Source of the DNA: Moniliella sp. 'wahieum'
Lineage: Eukaryota
Direction: 5' to 3'
Length of the DNA stretch: 64,000 nucleotides
Assembly: GCA_003971905.1 (NCBI GenBank)
Contig: RSEE01000139.1
Location: 62,001-126,000 of the forward strand
This document shows, one piece after another, positions 47,560-61,522 of the stretch. Position numbers and translations under genes: made by a program. The notes below the pieces were generated by a model, which was not told the origin of the DNA, ran no database searches, and saw nothing but the letters and a program-made list of their open reading frames with translations. Within the stretch, counting starts at the first letter, position 1; each line of letters begins with the position of its first letter.

Positions 47560-50500
47560 CTACTTAATAGCCGTGTTGCACTGCTGCCCGCCCACCAGCC
47601 TGGGCTGGAACCTAATCGTGCTGTTGCTCAAAAAAGCGACGCGAGCGGCTAAACCAGAGCCTTGCCGCTTCTTCTCCACCGCCTTCTTGTCCGTCGCGGG
47701 GGACGTTGGGGCGAGGCGAGGCGCAGAGAGGGGCTGCGCCGGGCCCAGGGGCTTACGACGCGGGGGAGCACCAGCACCTTGGCTTGCCTGAGCAGATCGG
47801 GGAGGGGGCGAAGTGGTCTCCCACCTAATGTGGGACGTTGGCGCCGGTGCCGACGCGCGCAGCGCAGGCCGACCCTGCATCCCTTGCATCCCAGGCAGGG
47901 CCGTCCAAACTTGGGCGGCGCAGCAGGCTGCACGTCCGGCCGCGGCGAGGCGGCGTCCGAAGCGGTCAGGGAAGGTTTCTTGTTCAGGTTGAGCGGTGTC
48001 ACTGCCCCGGTCCGCCCACTGCACCCCGATCCCGCTCTGCCATCCGAGGGAGATGGGCTGAGACCCAGGCCGAGGCGAGTGCGGCGCTACCCCAATTCTT
48101 CCGCAGATCCGCTTCGATCGACCAATCGTCCGGGACATCGAGAGGACTCGTGCTTGGTCCGCCGCGCAGGGCCGGGTCCGAATGGCATTGCGGAGCAGTA
48201 GGGGCGCTGATAGGAGTAGCGTGGGCATAGGCTGGGTGAGCACGAGGTCCACCAGTTGTCCTTGGCACCTTCTTGCTCATCTCGCTCTCCGCAGAGTACT
48301 CGCTTGCCCCATCCGTGAGAGCGGTAAGGGAGAAGGACAGTTCAGCTTCCTTTGAAGGATCGTGTTGAGGAGCGCCTTGGAGCACCGCCTCCGCCTCCAA
48401 TTGTGAGAGCGTGCGCGCCTCGGCCAACGCATTCCGCAAAAGTGCAGATGCACTTTGGTCTTCTTCCTCCTCTGGCGCAGGAGGCTGCAGCTGCCTCCCA
48501 TCCCTCTCGGGGGGTGCGCCACGATCCTCAGCAGCGGCAGCCGCAGCGGCACTGGCGGCCGCACCAAGCCGCCGGGGGGGCAACGGCCGGCCATAGATGG
48601 CTGGGGAGGAAGAGGAGGCCGTGCGGGACGGGTAGTCGCGTCGTGGGGGTGTGTGCGCCGTGGTCGGGGCCGAGACAGCAAGCGGGATAGAGCTGAGTAC
48701 AGGCGTACCCGGCGCGGCGCGCCGAGTGCACTCGTAAACCTGGGACGACCCGTCGGGCTTACGCTTACAGCGTCCGACGAAGGCTGAACTGGGGTTGCCG
48801 GGTTGCAGGCTGGGGCGTTTGCGGTTCCGTACGGGCGGGGTAGGGCGATGCTCGGCCGCCAGGTTGATCTCCGTCGCAGGGCCAGCAGGATTGGTGGGGA
48901 CATGGACCTTGAGCGGTTGTGACAGGCTGTATTTCGCGGGGGCGGATCCGCGCCGGTTCGTCGCTAGACGAATGTCTTCCAACGCAGCACGGGCAGCGGT
49001 AAGTTCCTCGGTAGCACGCCCCAGTTGGCCAATCTCATGTTTCATCAGCCGCGTCATCTGTTCCACCCACATGTCCATCTCGGCGCTGCCGGTAGTCGAG
49101 ACGCTGGTCCCACTGGCTTCAGACCGGAAGGTGTCCGTACCACGTTTGCGCCCGGCGGCGGCAAATGACATTTGCGCATCCTTCTCCACGTCCACCACCC
49201 GCATCTTCAGCTCGCGTAGCAGCGGGACAGCGTACCTCTCAAATCGGTAGAAGCGGGCCATCATGTCGTCCAGCGCTTGGGGGAGGTGCGGATCTTGCCA
49301 GCCTGCACGTGGGGCAACGGCCCGGAGCCAGGAGTCAAACCGGACCCTGCGCTGGGTTGGCGCGTGCTTCGGTGGCCGTCGCAGCTGATGGTGCTGCTGA
49401 GAGAGGGCGGGAATGCGCAGCGCCGCCAGCAGGAGGCGGATGGGCGGTTGACTTGCTTTCTGCCGAGACTACCCGCCCCGGTGACGGCGGCACTGGAGTC
49501 AAGCTCCGCATTGCTTGCTTGTTGTTCGTGCGGAGCGGGCAGAGGCGTCGTGGCACGGTAGGCCGGGCCCGTGGGCGTGGTCGGGATGTGTTCCTTGAAC
49601 GGAGAGGGGGAACGCGACGCAAGAGGAGGAGGGTAGACTCTCTCTGCACCTGAGTGGGGGCAGGCACAAACGCTTGGCCCTCCTCGGCGTGGGAAACCCA
49701 ACTTTCCTCGGCCGTACGGTCACCCTCCTCAGACCACTCGCCCTGGTCCACCTCGCCATGCCCGACGCGCTGGGACTTGACGTGCTGCAGACCAGAGGAG
49801 GATTGGACGAGGATAGGCGATTGGGAGACACGCGCAACTCGTTCCCCATTGGTACCCAGGTGTGTCCAGGCGAGACAAGGGCGCCTGAGACTCCTCCACA
49901 TTCGGACCGGGGGGGTTTCCAGCATTCCCACCCCAGAGTGTCTTCCACGCGCCGGCCAATTGCGCCGCGGGGCTCCGCACCCGGCCGGTCACATCCGCAT
50001 CGGCGGTGCTGACACTTCCTAGCGTCGTTTCACTCACATCATCCGCTTGCATCGGCCAACCGGGGGGCTCGCGTGGAACTGGAGTATGAGCAGGCGCAGA
50101 GCAGGCGCAGGCGCAGGCCGAGTGGCACGGGGGAGGGGCAAGGGTTGGTTCGAGCGCGTACCGGGCGATCCTTTGTTCGGGTGAACTGGGCGGCCGGTCC
50201 TGGAGAATGTAGCGCGTCTGCCCGTCCCCCTCGGACGGGAGTGGGAGCGGGGAGGGTATCGGTGCGGGCGCAGGAGATGGGGCTGGGGGCTGGCGCAAAA
50301 GCGAGGGGGCGGTGTGAGGCGGGCGAGAAGGAGGGCCCGGGGGCAGAGGGAAGGGGCCGGCGAGCGGGGGAGGGGCTGCGAGCGGGCGGCAGCACGGGCA
50401 GCAAAGATGGACGTGGGAGCCGGGTGGGGGGAGGTTGCGGGGGAGGGTGCTTCTGCGCGCGACCAGGGGCGGGGGGGCATGTCGTGCCCGGCTGGTGTGG

Positions 50501-51274
50501 TGGGACGGCTGCCCATCGGGCGAGCCGGCGATGGGGACGGGGGCGGGGCGGCGGCCATGGGGGGGATGGCACGAGGTGGTCGATTGCAACGGCAATGGCG
50601 AGGGAGCGCGCGAGGGCGAGGGTGAGGGTGAAGGTGAGGGCAAGGCGAGGGCGTTTTGCGCTTGAACGCATTGGCCTGGATGGAGGGCGGGGCGAGTGGG
50701 ACATGCGTGGCGACGGCGAGCGTGGCGGGGCAGCTGAAGGCGTTGGGGTCGGGGACGGGGGCACGGGCGCGGCGCGCGAGGAGACGAGAAGCCGTACCCT
50801 GTCCCACCCCCAGGGCCGCCAGGGGGCACACCCAAGGCCGATCCGTAGCCAATGCCGCCACCGGGCCCGCCCAGGGGCACAGCCAAGGCGGCGGGGGGCG
50901 AGGGCGAAAGGGGCGCGCACGCCACCGGGGTCGCGCACGACGCTCTTGACGACGAAGCTGCCCTGGGAGGTGGCGAGGCGTTGGACGCGCGCGGCGGAGC
51001 GGGGCTTGAGGCTGCCGAGGAAGCTGCGGACGCTGCGGCCGAGCGGGCACTGACGGCGCTGAGGGCGCTGGGGCGCTGCGGCCGGAGCGGATGGAGGCGC
51101 GGTCGGACTCGGAGTCGTCGGAGGCGGAGGCGTTGGGACGCGCGGTGGAGGAAGGCACTGAGGCGGCGGCGGCGGTCGAGGGCGGTCCATCGGGGAGGCA
51201 GGAGGAGGAGGAGGAGGAGGTGGTGGTGGTGGTGGTGGTGGGGGCCCGAGAGGGGGGTGGTCATGATCATGCAC
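47560..51274 (-). CDS. Large Pro/Ser-rich hypothetical protein
   Basis: Long GC-rich overlapping ORFs with ordered block MARFYRFERYAVPLLRELKMRVVDVEKD..EMDMWVEQMTRLMKHEIGQL; start uncertain. Confidence 0.55.
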
Positions 51275-51888
51275 AATGCATCCTGCCCGCCGACACGCTG
51301 CGTCGCAAGTGACACGCGCGGAGCAGCGGTGCCAGACACACTGGCGCCATGCGGGGTGGTGGTCCAGGTTCTACCAGCGCTCCTTGCAGCGCGGAGATCA
51401 CCCATCACGCATGGTCCCGCCCCCGGCAGTGCTTGGCGACGTGGGTTCGAATCCGAGGGTGGCCAATGTTTTGGGGGCACATGTGAGAGTGAAGCCGTGT
51501 GACAGGTGGCAGGTGATAATGATTACCGCCTCGGCCCGTCAGCGTCAGCGTCAGCTAGCTAGCTAGCTGGTCGACTCATCGATCGTCTCTGTCTGGACGG
51601 CCCATCGTAACGTGAACATTCAATCGCCGCGCCGTGCCCGCCGTGCTCCGCCGCGCACGGGCCTCTGCTTCTTCTCCGCTATCGCGAATGGAGCAATGCT
51701 TAGTGCGCTTTATCCGTCCGGAGCACACCTCGTCCGTGCCCGATAATCGATCACCAGTCACGCCACACCGCCAGAGTGTCATCGTCATCGTCATCGCCTT
51801 CGTCAGCGTCACCGACGCACGCAGACGCAGACGGAGCTAGTCTCCTCCCTCCCTTCCCCCACCACCACCATCCCCCTCCGTCTGCGCC

Positions 51889-53295
51889 ATGCCGCTGCCC
51901 CCCCCCGCCCTCGCCCGCCCGCCCCATCCACGTCGACGACCCCGCCCACGCCTCCTACGGCCAGGGCCGCACCAGCACGCTCGGCGCCAACGCGCCCATT
52001 GCGCCCAGCCTCGTCACCTCCACCACCTTCCGTGCCCCGCCGCCGGCCACCGACCTGTCCGCCCGCCTGCAGAAGCTCGAGATTGATTGGCAGGCCAACG
52101 AGCTTGACGTGTACAGCCGCTGGGACAGCGAGACGCGTCACCGCGCTGAACTGGTGCTGGGTGCACTCCATGGCGAGGGTGCCCAGACGCTGCTCTATGG
52201 CTCGGGCTTGGCCGCTGCCGCCGCTGCCATCACCCACTTTTCCCCTCGGTCGTCGCCATTCGCAAGGGGTACCCGGGCGTGCATGGCGCGCTCAAAGCGT
52301 ACGCGCGCGGTCGCAAGCTCACCATTCTCGACCTCGATGATCCCTATCCTACCGTGCCTGTTGACGACCAAGAGTCCATCCCTGGTTCGGACCAGCGGCG
52401 CGGCGGTCTGCTCGTCTGGCTCGAGTGCCCGCTCAACCCTACAGGCGAAGCACGCGATATCCAGCACTACGCTGACCGAGCCCATGCGGTAGGCGGATTC
52501 CTCGTTGTCGACTCGACGTTTGCCCCGCCGCCGCTGCAAAACCCGTTTGCCCAAGCGGCCGACTTGGTGGTACGTTCGTCTCCCCTCTTGCTTTGCTTTC
52601 CCTATTTCGCGTACGCATCTCATCCCAGCGATCTGACCCCCCACCCACCCCCATGCAGATGCACAGCGGAACGAAGTACTTGGGTGGCCACTCGGACCTC
52701 CTCGCTGGGGTTCTCGTCACGCGCTCCAAGGCCGTGTGGAACACGCTGTTTGAAGATCGAATCAACCAAGGTGGCGTACCGGGCAACCTGGAGTCGTTCC
52801 TGCTGCTCCGATCGTTGCGTACGCTCCCGTTGCGTGTGGAGCGGCAGGCATCTTCGGCGCTCGCGCTGGCCACTTGGCTGCACAGTCTGACTGTACAGGG
52901 CGAGGCGGCGCTCGACCCGCAAGACGCGGCCTTGGGCAAGGGCAAAGTGGTGGACTGGGTGTGGCACCCGTCGTTGCAGCCCTGGACCGAGACGCATACC
53001 CCCTTTGGACGTCAACTCGAGTCGGTCGGTTTGATCCCCGTACCCAGATGCACGGCGGCTTTTCCCCTTGCTTCTCCTTCCACCTGGCACAGACCAACGT
53101 CGCAACCCACCTCGCCCACACTACCCGCTACTTTATCCCGGCCACCTCGTTGGGCGGCGTAGAGTCGTTACTGGAACAGCGCGTTGTCGTCAACCCCGAC
53201 GAAGACCCGGGCGTGGTGCGCATCTCGGTCGGTTGGAGAGTGTGGAGGATCTCAAGGCCGACTTGCGCACCGCATTTCTCACTTTGCTCCAGTAA
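51889..53295 (+). CDS. Cys/Met metabolism PLP-dependent enzyme (cystathionine gamma-synthase/beta-lyase family)
   Basis: VYSR, YGSGLAA, WLECPLNPTG, VVDSTFAPP, HSGTKYLGGHSD (PLP Lys), ATSLGGVESL; intron 52570-52658. Confidence 0.92.
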
Positions 53296-53615
53296 CTAGT
53301 AATGCCCAACCTAGTTGAACGTTGGCCCGGCTGGTTGCTTCCAGTTGCCTCCTCCTATACTGTTGTGCCGGCACTGTTCCCCACCTGGGTTGCGAGCAGC
53401 CTGCACATTTGGCCAGGGGTTGGTTACAAACAAAGACGTCTATGGTGCACAAATCATCACTGTGGGTAGCTCGCTGGCTGGTTGGATAGTGGATTCGTTT
53501 ATTCGTGTGGGCACATATGAGGGGAAAATATCGACAAAGCTTCGAAGTCGATAGAGAGAGGGTACATGTACATTGGACCAATGGGCAGGCAGGGACGACG
53601 GGCACCCTGACGTCC

Positions 53616-55824
53616 TTACGCCTTCTTGGCTGCCTCGGCTTGCTCCTCCGCAATCTCTTGAATCTCATCATCAATCGCAATCTCCTCATCCAGGTCCTCC
53701 ACCTGCAGGTTGGGGCGATGAATAAAGTCGGTAATGAGCTTCTTGTAAGGGTGGGGCTTGCCTTGTGGGTTGTTCCTGCGCACCAAACGGAAGTACTCGG
53801 CATAGACATTGCCATCGGCACGGCCAAAGGGCGAGTTGATAATGTGGTCCGACAGCACAAAGCTGTCCGTCAACGGCACTGCAAATCCACGCACCGTCTT
53901 GCACAGCGCCGACACGCTCGCCTGGACCGTATCCAGCTGCGCGGGCGCCAGCCAGCCCGAACGCAAAAAGTGCGCCGCCTTTTCCTCCATCTGCCACAGA
54001 CCGTACAGCTTCGCCACCGTCGTCAACGTCGACCGCACCCCATCCTTGTCCGCAGACGGCGGCAGGTGCTTGATAGCATTGTGGAACTGACGGAAAATGT
54101 AGTTCGAGGTATGGACCGACGCGGCAACAAAGGAAGCCTGCGAACACGCTTCCAATGCCGCTTGCTTGTTCAGCCCCTTCTTTTGTGCGGCCACCACATC
54201 GTCCGCCACCTTCTTGACCAGCATGGCCGAAGCAGCATCAAAGCCCTTTTGGATTCCCTCGAGCGAGTCGAGATCGGCATCGCTGGCTTTCGAGCTCAAG
54301 TTCTTCTCCCGTACGTCCGAGCCGAGGTAGATGAGTGCCTCAGACATGGGCTTGCCCTTGACCGCGTCCACATAGGCTTGCACCAAGAACCGACCCGATT
54401 GGAGCGCCAGAATGGTATTGTCGCCTTCCCACGTGCAGTGCACCGCAAAGTCAGAGAACATGTTGGCCAGGCCATTGTAAGCCGAGTACCCGTGCCCTCC
54501 GAGCGATTGCCGCGACTTTTCAATCGCGTCGAGCGTGGCCCAGGTGCAGAACGCCTTGAGACCAGCCGAGGTCGAGTGCGTCTGCTTCAGCATGTCCACA
54601 GTGCGTTCGAGGTTGGGTCACCAGGCTCCAGCGCCTCCAGTGCCTTGCTCGTCTCGTCGTACATGGCCGTCATCTCGAGCGCAGTAAAGCCAAATGCGAC
54701 CGCCTGCGCCAAGAGCGGCAGCAAACGCCGTTGGTGAATCGGGTAGTCAAGCAACTGCGTCTCCAACTTTTGCGATGGGTCCGACTTGAATTGCCGTCGC
54801 ACCGCCGCATACCGCACCGAGATGGTAAGTGCCTTCTTGGCCGTGTTGGCACTGTCGGCGACCATGGCGGTACGACCACCGAGCAGAGCACCGTACGTCA
54901 GCTGCGCCAGTGGCGGCTCCCGCACCTCGCCCTCGCGAGTAACCTGGGTGTGCTTCATGAGCATGTAGGCACGTGGGATGCGGACATTGGTGAATTGAAT
55001 GTAACCATTGTCAATCCCGTCGCGGCCCATCTTTTTGCCAATGTCGCCAATGTTGATGCCGGGAAGCAGGTCAAACGTCTGCGTGTTGCGCAGCGGAACA
55101 ATAACGTCTTGACACCATAGTCCTTGCCATCCACAATCAAACGCGCAAACACAGAGCAGTGTGTCGCCGTTTGTGCCGCACCGCCAATCCACCACTTGGT
55201 CGCACCCAGGTGCGGGGTATGGATGACAAACTCATCGGTTTTGGGGTCAAACGTGGCGCGCGTCTCGAGACCGGCAACGTTGGAGCCGTGCTGAAGCTCA
55301 GTCATGCCAAAGCATCCGACCATGCCCTGGAGGTAATGACACCCTTGTCAATCCAGTACGAGAACTGGTTGGCAGTGGCGCCAGAGCGGATGGCACCCAG
55401 GAACAGGCCATAGTGCACGCCAAACCGGGTCCAGAAGCCCGGTCAAAGAGCCCGATGAGCTCCATGCGCCTTTGGAAGTCCTCGACCGACTCGTTGGTAA
55501 CGTAGTGCACAAGAGAGTGATGCGCTTCATGGTCAACTCGCGCAGCTGCTCCTTGCTCAAGTCGTAGAAGTTGCCCATGTAGAAGAGGGGGTTGCGCTCG
55601 AGCTCGAGCATTTGTTTTTCCTTGAGCAGGAGCGCTGCTTCGGTGCCATGCTGGGCAATGGCCAGCTGGAGCGCGAAGATGCGGATTGGTCAGCAGCAGG
55701 AACGCGGGTTGGGGGGGGGGGGGGGGGGGAAGAAGGCACATACAGCGCGGACGTTGAACGGCGGGTTGGCACGCTCTTGCATCATGGTGGTGACGCTCTG
55801 CTTGTCGATCCACTTGGTCGTCAT
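53616..55824 (-). CDS. POX1: Peroxisomal acyl-CoA oxidase
   Basis: [64 protein letters not shown]; intron 55666-55743. Confidence 0.93.
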
Positions 55825-58800
55825 GGTGGGCAGGCAGGGTGGTGGAGGCGGGGGAAGTGGGGGTGTGGGTGGGGGTGGGAGTACGGCTGGCAAGTGCGGA
55901 GGCTTTTTATCGCCCGACTTTGGCGTGGGCCAGCCGGGACCCAGTCGAGGGAAGGGCCAGTGTGGGTGCGGCTGCCCACTGCCGCCGGCTGAGGCTCAGC
56001 CGCCCGGCACCGCCTAACCCTACGCGCCGGCACGCGTCTACCCGGCCGGGCCGGACACGCGACCTGGCTGTGAAATGGCTATGACGTAACGCCGCGCACC
56101 ACACCAGTGCGCGCCCCCGCGCTCGCACCAGCCGCAGCCCCCCATGCGTGAAAAGCTCCGCCTCACAGCACCGGTGTTCGGCTTACGCCCGCCGGGAGCA
56201 CACCGCGGCGCACCTAATCTGCGCCCTGCCACTTCCCCCGTGCGGGGTGTGCCGGACGCACCTGGGCGCAGGCAGCGTCGCGGTGGAGAGTGGCTGGGCC
56301 AGTGCCAGCGTCTGCGGCGCTAATGCCGCTGCGCGTGCGCCGGCTGGCGCTGCCCGCGACGGGCTGCCACCTCGGCTCCGCCAAGTCCGTCGCTTTCAAA
56401 CCCCAAGCCATCGATGGCCTGCCTGGCCAGGCCTAGTCTGTTCTCCCACATTCACTCGTCACGCGTCCAGCAACCTCATCATTAATCACCACCCCCCACC
56501 CCCCCCCCCTCCCGCACCTGCCCTGCCGTCCCGGTCGACGCCCTCAGATCCCTCAGACTCAGACAAGTGTGGACTGTCCCCCCCTGCTCCGCCCTGGACA
56601 CCTGCCCAAAGTCGCCCATCTCGTCCTGCGCCACCGCCGGGTGAACACACCCCGGTCCGCGTGTGACGCACAACGCTGGCACAGCTACTGCTTCGACCCT
56701 CTGTCCCCGCACGCTTTGGCTCGCAGTAGGTGTCCCTTCTAGACGCGTCTTCGTTTTCTCTCTGATCGAACACCTCAGGGGTACCTAGTACCTGCCCTCT
56801 GTGTGGATGTCGCCTGCATCTGATGAGCGCTCTTGCACCTTTTCTTCTTGCTAGTAGCATTCACAAATAGACTTCACACACTAACCTCCTTCTCCGGATC
56901 AAAATACCCCGCGTTAAGCTCAGGTCTATTATCATTTAGAATTTCAAGGTCGACCCACTCTGCACACAAGTGTGATTTGTGATTCACCGCATATGGCCTG
57001 CTTTTCTGAATGGCGCGGCAACGCGCAACGGGTACCGCATGAGATTATGGACCGGTACTAGCTACTAGAAAAAGTGATAGTCGCCTCTGTTTGTCTGACC
57101 TCTCTGGCATAGTGTCGTAGAAAACCTCTTCAGCTTCATTCTGCATGGGTTTCAAGCTTCATCGATAATCGATAATCGATCATCCTTCAAGCGCTCAAGC
57201 TCCATCGATCATCGACAGACAGCCTACACACTCAAGCATATAAATGCCACTGCAGCACGCAACGAGTTTTAGCGTACTCAATACTCATAACTAAGTGAGG
57301 TACATGCGACGGAGGCCATGCCACAGGATCGGTGTCGCAATCTGATCTGCGCCAACATGTGGGGAACTTCACCCACCCCGCCCTGTAAGGATCGGCGAAT
57401 ACGAGGGAGAACCACAGCAACTACCGCCAATAAGGAAACTTAGCAAAGGATGCACTGGTAAAGAGAAGGAAACGGGATCGGGAAGAGCAGTGAGATCTGA
57501 GAATATACTTGAATATTTACCTGATTGTGCATGCTATATCACGGCTGCACCTGCAGTTCCTGCTCAATCCTAACTTGGTACTGTCGGGAAGAGGCCTGAG
57601 AGGCTGCGACGGGGGCAACCTCAACTAAAGATCACATTTGTCCTTCTGAGAAGAGACGGCACACAAGGGACACTCAGATTGAGGTTGCCGGATGAGTAGC
57701 GTTGGATGGGCTGGGGGCAAGTGTGATGCAGATTTTGATCGAATTCGTCATGTTGGGTGCATTCTATAAAGTTCGGACGGATCCCTGAAAGGATAAAGTT
57801 CCCCCGGGGTGGGAACGAAACGATCACTTTTGACATGATCCTCCCCTTCTCCACTGGAAAGAGATGTGGCTGCCACAGCGCGCTCCACTCGAACGCACAC
57901 TGCCTAAACACGCGGGTGGTGCAGCCAAAAGGATATCAACGACTACCCTTTAGTGTATCAACTGGATCGTACGCGGCGACGAAGCGGTTACGATTGAAGT
58001 ACCACTGGCAGCACTGTAGAGAAGGAACGGAAGAAGTGTCCGCAATTGAAAGCGAGACTCAAGAAGACACCTCAATTATTCGAGAAGATTTGTCATAACA
58101 TGTGGTCGAGCACAGCAACAGTAGAGGTTAAAAACACCTGGCTTTCCTCGAGACCAACACAGTCACAGGTGCCTCGAGCTCACTGATAAAGCAGGTTCCG
58201 ATTGGTATCCTGCTTTGTTCCTTTGGTGCCGCTGTTAACGCGCAGCAAGCGCAAGGGTAGGATCTGATGTTATAGCTTGAACGCATCTTTTCCTTCCCCC
58301 ATACCCCAGTTCAAGTTTGGAACGCTTGGAACGAGGCTGTGTGAGGAGCCGATCCTCAAGCATGAGTGCACCATCTCCGCGGTAGTCATATTCACAATCG
58401 GCCGGTTAGGGAGGCACAAGAGGAAACGCGGCAAGAGGAGGCAGGCCAGATCATATTCCCGAATGATGAGGCCACGTGTGTTGGGAGGATCGCAGGAATA
58501 TAGTGATGGACCACACTCTCAATGATTCGTGTACAAAAGGAGAGGACATCATGGTTGTGTATATATTGCAAGGTGGTATATACGCGAGCTGAATCGTGAG
58601 TCCTACTCTTTACTGCATCAACGAAGAAAGGCTCCCTATAAAACTATCCTCGCTCTCGGCCTTCAATAAAGTCCTGTCATTTTTCATCCTCGCTCGACCT
58701 CCCAAATCACAAGGCAGCTCTCACCTCCAAGCTTCATCATGCCCAATACAGAGCCGGAGACTGCAAACGAGTGCGTCTTCTTGTGAGGCATCCGACTTAT

Positions 58801-58959
58801 TGTGTGCGCGCCGAGTTGATCGCCGCTCTGGCTTGGATCCGGACTGAGGATCCGCTGTCGCTTCGGGTTCGGTAGACGGTCCAGTCGACTGTGGGCAACG
58901 CACGTTTCAGCGTTGTCCTCCATCCAAAAGCATTTTCCACATCGCCATTTTGCGTGGGA

Positions 58960-59460
58960 GACCCAGGGGCAATCCAAAAGGGGCTGAAGGTGCAATTCAG
59001 GGGAAGCCATGCCTGACATATTAATGTCAGATGTGAGCCACAGTAGAGATGGTGGCCAGCGCTCGCCGGTTGGAACCAGTTGAGATCGTGCTTGCGCCGG
59101 AGCGCTGGCCAGACCAATGCGTCCGACCCGTCCCGTCCGCAACTCGCGCTTACATACTCAGTCTACTTCCCCTCAAACTTTAACTTTGTCCAGGGAGGTA
59201 AGCTGCCCGGACTTTACTCCTCCGTCGGGGCATCAGGTAATGTGCCGATCAATGCTTCTACCTCCGGCTGTGTGAAGGTGGGTCGCTCGACGGGACCGCA
59301 CCTCCTGCTGGTCGGCTCGGGTGATGTGGCGCACAGGCGGCCAAGGCGAGATCTAAGTCTACATCCCCCAGAAGTTGGGGGGGGGTACAAGCTTTGAGGG
59401 TTTCTCCATACTTCTTCTCCGCCATCTTCTAGTAAACGTTCATCCTGCCTCAGTGGTGTG
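58960..59460 (+). pseudogene. Degenerate polysaccharide lyase family 14-like gene
   Basis: YSVYFPSNFNFVQGGKLPGLY and SARVMWRTGGQGEI*VYIP (TAA 59354-6); further stops upstream; no recognisable C-terminal half. Confidence 0.65.
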
Positions 59461-60606
59461 CGATATCCATACTTGTGGGCAATCACCATCAATGTTAGGC
59501 GTAATGCTCAGCCTGTGCTACAACGGCATCGTGTGTGATCAATGCGAGTAGGTGGATACATATAGGTTCAATATCATGTCTGGTGTGCACCATCAGGATT
59601 GCCATCAGGAAATGACCCCTGTGACGACCCTGACCGTGCAAGCGTCGCAGAAGCTCAGTCCTTTCGAAGACGGTACACCGGGCTATATAGGCTGGCTCCA
59701 AGTGCTGCGTGAAAGAGGTACAAGAGTCTTGGGTATATGCGGAATGCTTCCATTGCCGTTTTCCTAAATTAGGAAATCAGAATGAAAGTGCTCCAACTAT
59801 GCACGGGCAAGCGGTCCCCAACGTACTGGCTGTTTGCCAGCATAAGTTTTGTAAGCGCAAAGGAGAGGACGAATCGACAACGAGAAGGAGGAGACAAGTC
59901 TGATTTCATATCGGGAACGAGGCTTACGAGCGCATATAATCAAAGGAGGAGAGAACATATGCTCGTCAAAAGCATTGTCCATTGTTTCTGAGGGCTATAA
60001 ATGCATTTCTGTGGCTAATATCGGGCGCAGCGGCAGGTGTTCCACAAGGTCGGTGTGGCCGGGCAAACGATGATGTGTGACGGGCGCCATATTCCCATGA
60101 CCGGCGGTGGAAGTTACGATTAGATAGGGACGACATCGCTTAGGTTGTACTATGACCTAACGGTGCATGTCCTTTGAGGATGAACAGGTCGTCGAATTTT
60201 AGGGCACCGAATGTATGTTTTAGTTGGCGCGGAGGGGTCCGGCTGGTCACTTATCAATCAAGACTTACACCCACCTGTAAATCCTAGGGAAAACAACGCA
60301 CCGTTGTCTGCCTGGACCCCAGAGTCGAAGGCGGTCTTTGTTGGGACTACCAAAAGAATGTGTTGCCTCAGGCCTCATCAGCGTTTGCGAAGCCTGTATA
60401 AAGGAGCGCTCCACTCCCCCCCACCATCTACATAGCAGCAGCAAAACCCTACTGAGCCAAATGGATGAGGATATTTCAACATTGCAATCACAAGCGGAAC
60501 CAGCGCCGAAATTTTGTGACCGGGCGGAATGGGCAGCGGGATGGCGCAACTGTCCTCAGGAAGAAGAGTTTGCTGGCCCCCACCACACCCAATTCTGCTC
60601 CCCATC

Positions 60607-61522
60607 ATGTCAGGTTTGCCAGCTAAGCCCACCGCGCCCATGGGCAACGTTCCTGCCGCCGAGCCCACCGAGCCTACCGCTTCGCCACCCCAAGCCTTCC
60701 TCTGCGTCCAACGACGAGGAGGCGGGGGACAAGACGGTGTTTGATGACCAGGAAAATTTTACTCTCTCGCACCCGCTTGCTTCCACCTGGACCATGTACG
60801 CCGACCTGCCCAGCTCCAATCGCCGCGCCACCTCTTCTTCCTGGGGCCAAACGATGGAGAAGCTGGCCGACGTGGACACAGTCGAGGCGTTCACTGGGTA
60901 CGTGCCAACCCTTTTCCGAACCCTTCTTTTTCCACCCCCTCCCCTCCCCTTGGCGCAGCACGAAAGCTAACCACGAACCACTGCTGTCAGTCTGTTCCAC
61001 CATGTGCCTGCGCCGACGCAGCTTGGCCAAAAAATGACTTTTTACCTTTTCCGGGATGGAATTCAGCCGGCCTGGGAAGACAAGGGGAACGTTGGTGGTG
61101 GCTCATGGAACGTGCAGTTCCCCAGGGACAAGCGGCGAGCAAGATTGATGACATGTGCGCAACACGATGCTTGCCGCGATTGGCGAGACGTTGGACATTC
61201 CTTTCCCCTCGGCGCGCGTCCGATCCAGAACCTGGACAAGGCCCCCTCGGTCGTGGCTGGCGTCGCGTTGGCGGCGCGGCCGAACTTTTACCGTATTTCT
61301 ATCTGGACCGCTCGCCGCCGGATGCGAACAAGAATGCGGAGGATGATGTGGCGCGCATCGGCCAGCGCACGTACGATGTCGGCTTGAACTTCAAGGTCCA
61401 TGCTCTTGGCTTTACGCAGGAAGAAAGGTTGAGACCGCTACGGCTCCGAGGTCGAGTTCCAGTCCATGAGGATGCAGGTCCGGAACAAGGGCCGCAAGGG
61501 TAAAAGTGGGCGTTTAGGTTAA
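60607..61522 (+). CDS. Translation initiation factor eIF4E family member (divergent)
   Basis: TVFDD..F...HPL..TWTMY, SSW, VEAFTG(intron 60898-60990)LF, YLFRDGIQPAWED, GGSW, MLAAIGET, RPNFYRISIWT; TATAAA ~60397. Confidence 0.88.

Noticed and set aside
51440..51462. B-box GGTTCGAATCC suggesting a second tRNA
   Set aside because: No acceptor stem or D-arm can be built.
53616..53640. Acyl-CoA oxidase lacks a PTS1 (ends AKKA)
   Set aside because: PTS1-independent import is established for yeast Pox1-type enzymes.
53505..54737. 410-aa plus-strand ORF
   Set aside because: Antisense shadow of acyl-CoA oxidase; the same applies to most long GC-rich overlapping ORFs.
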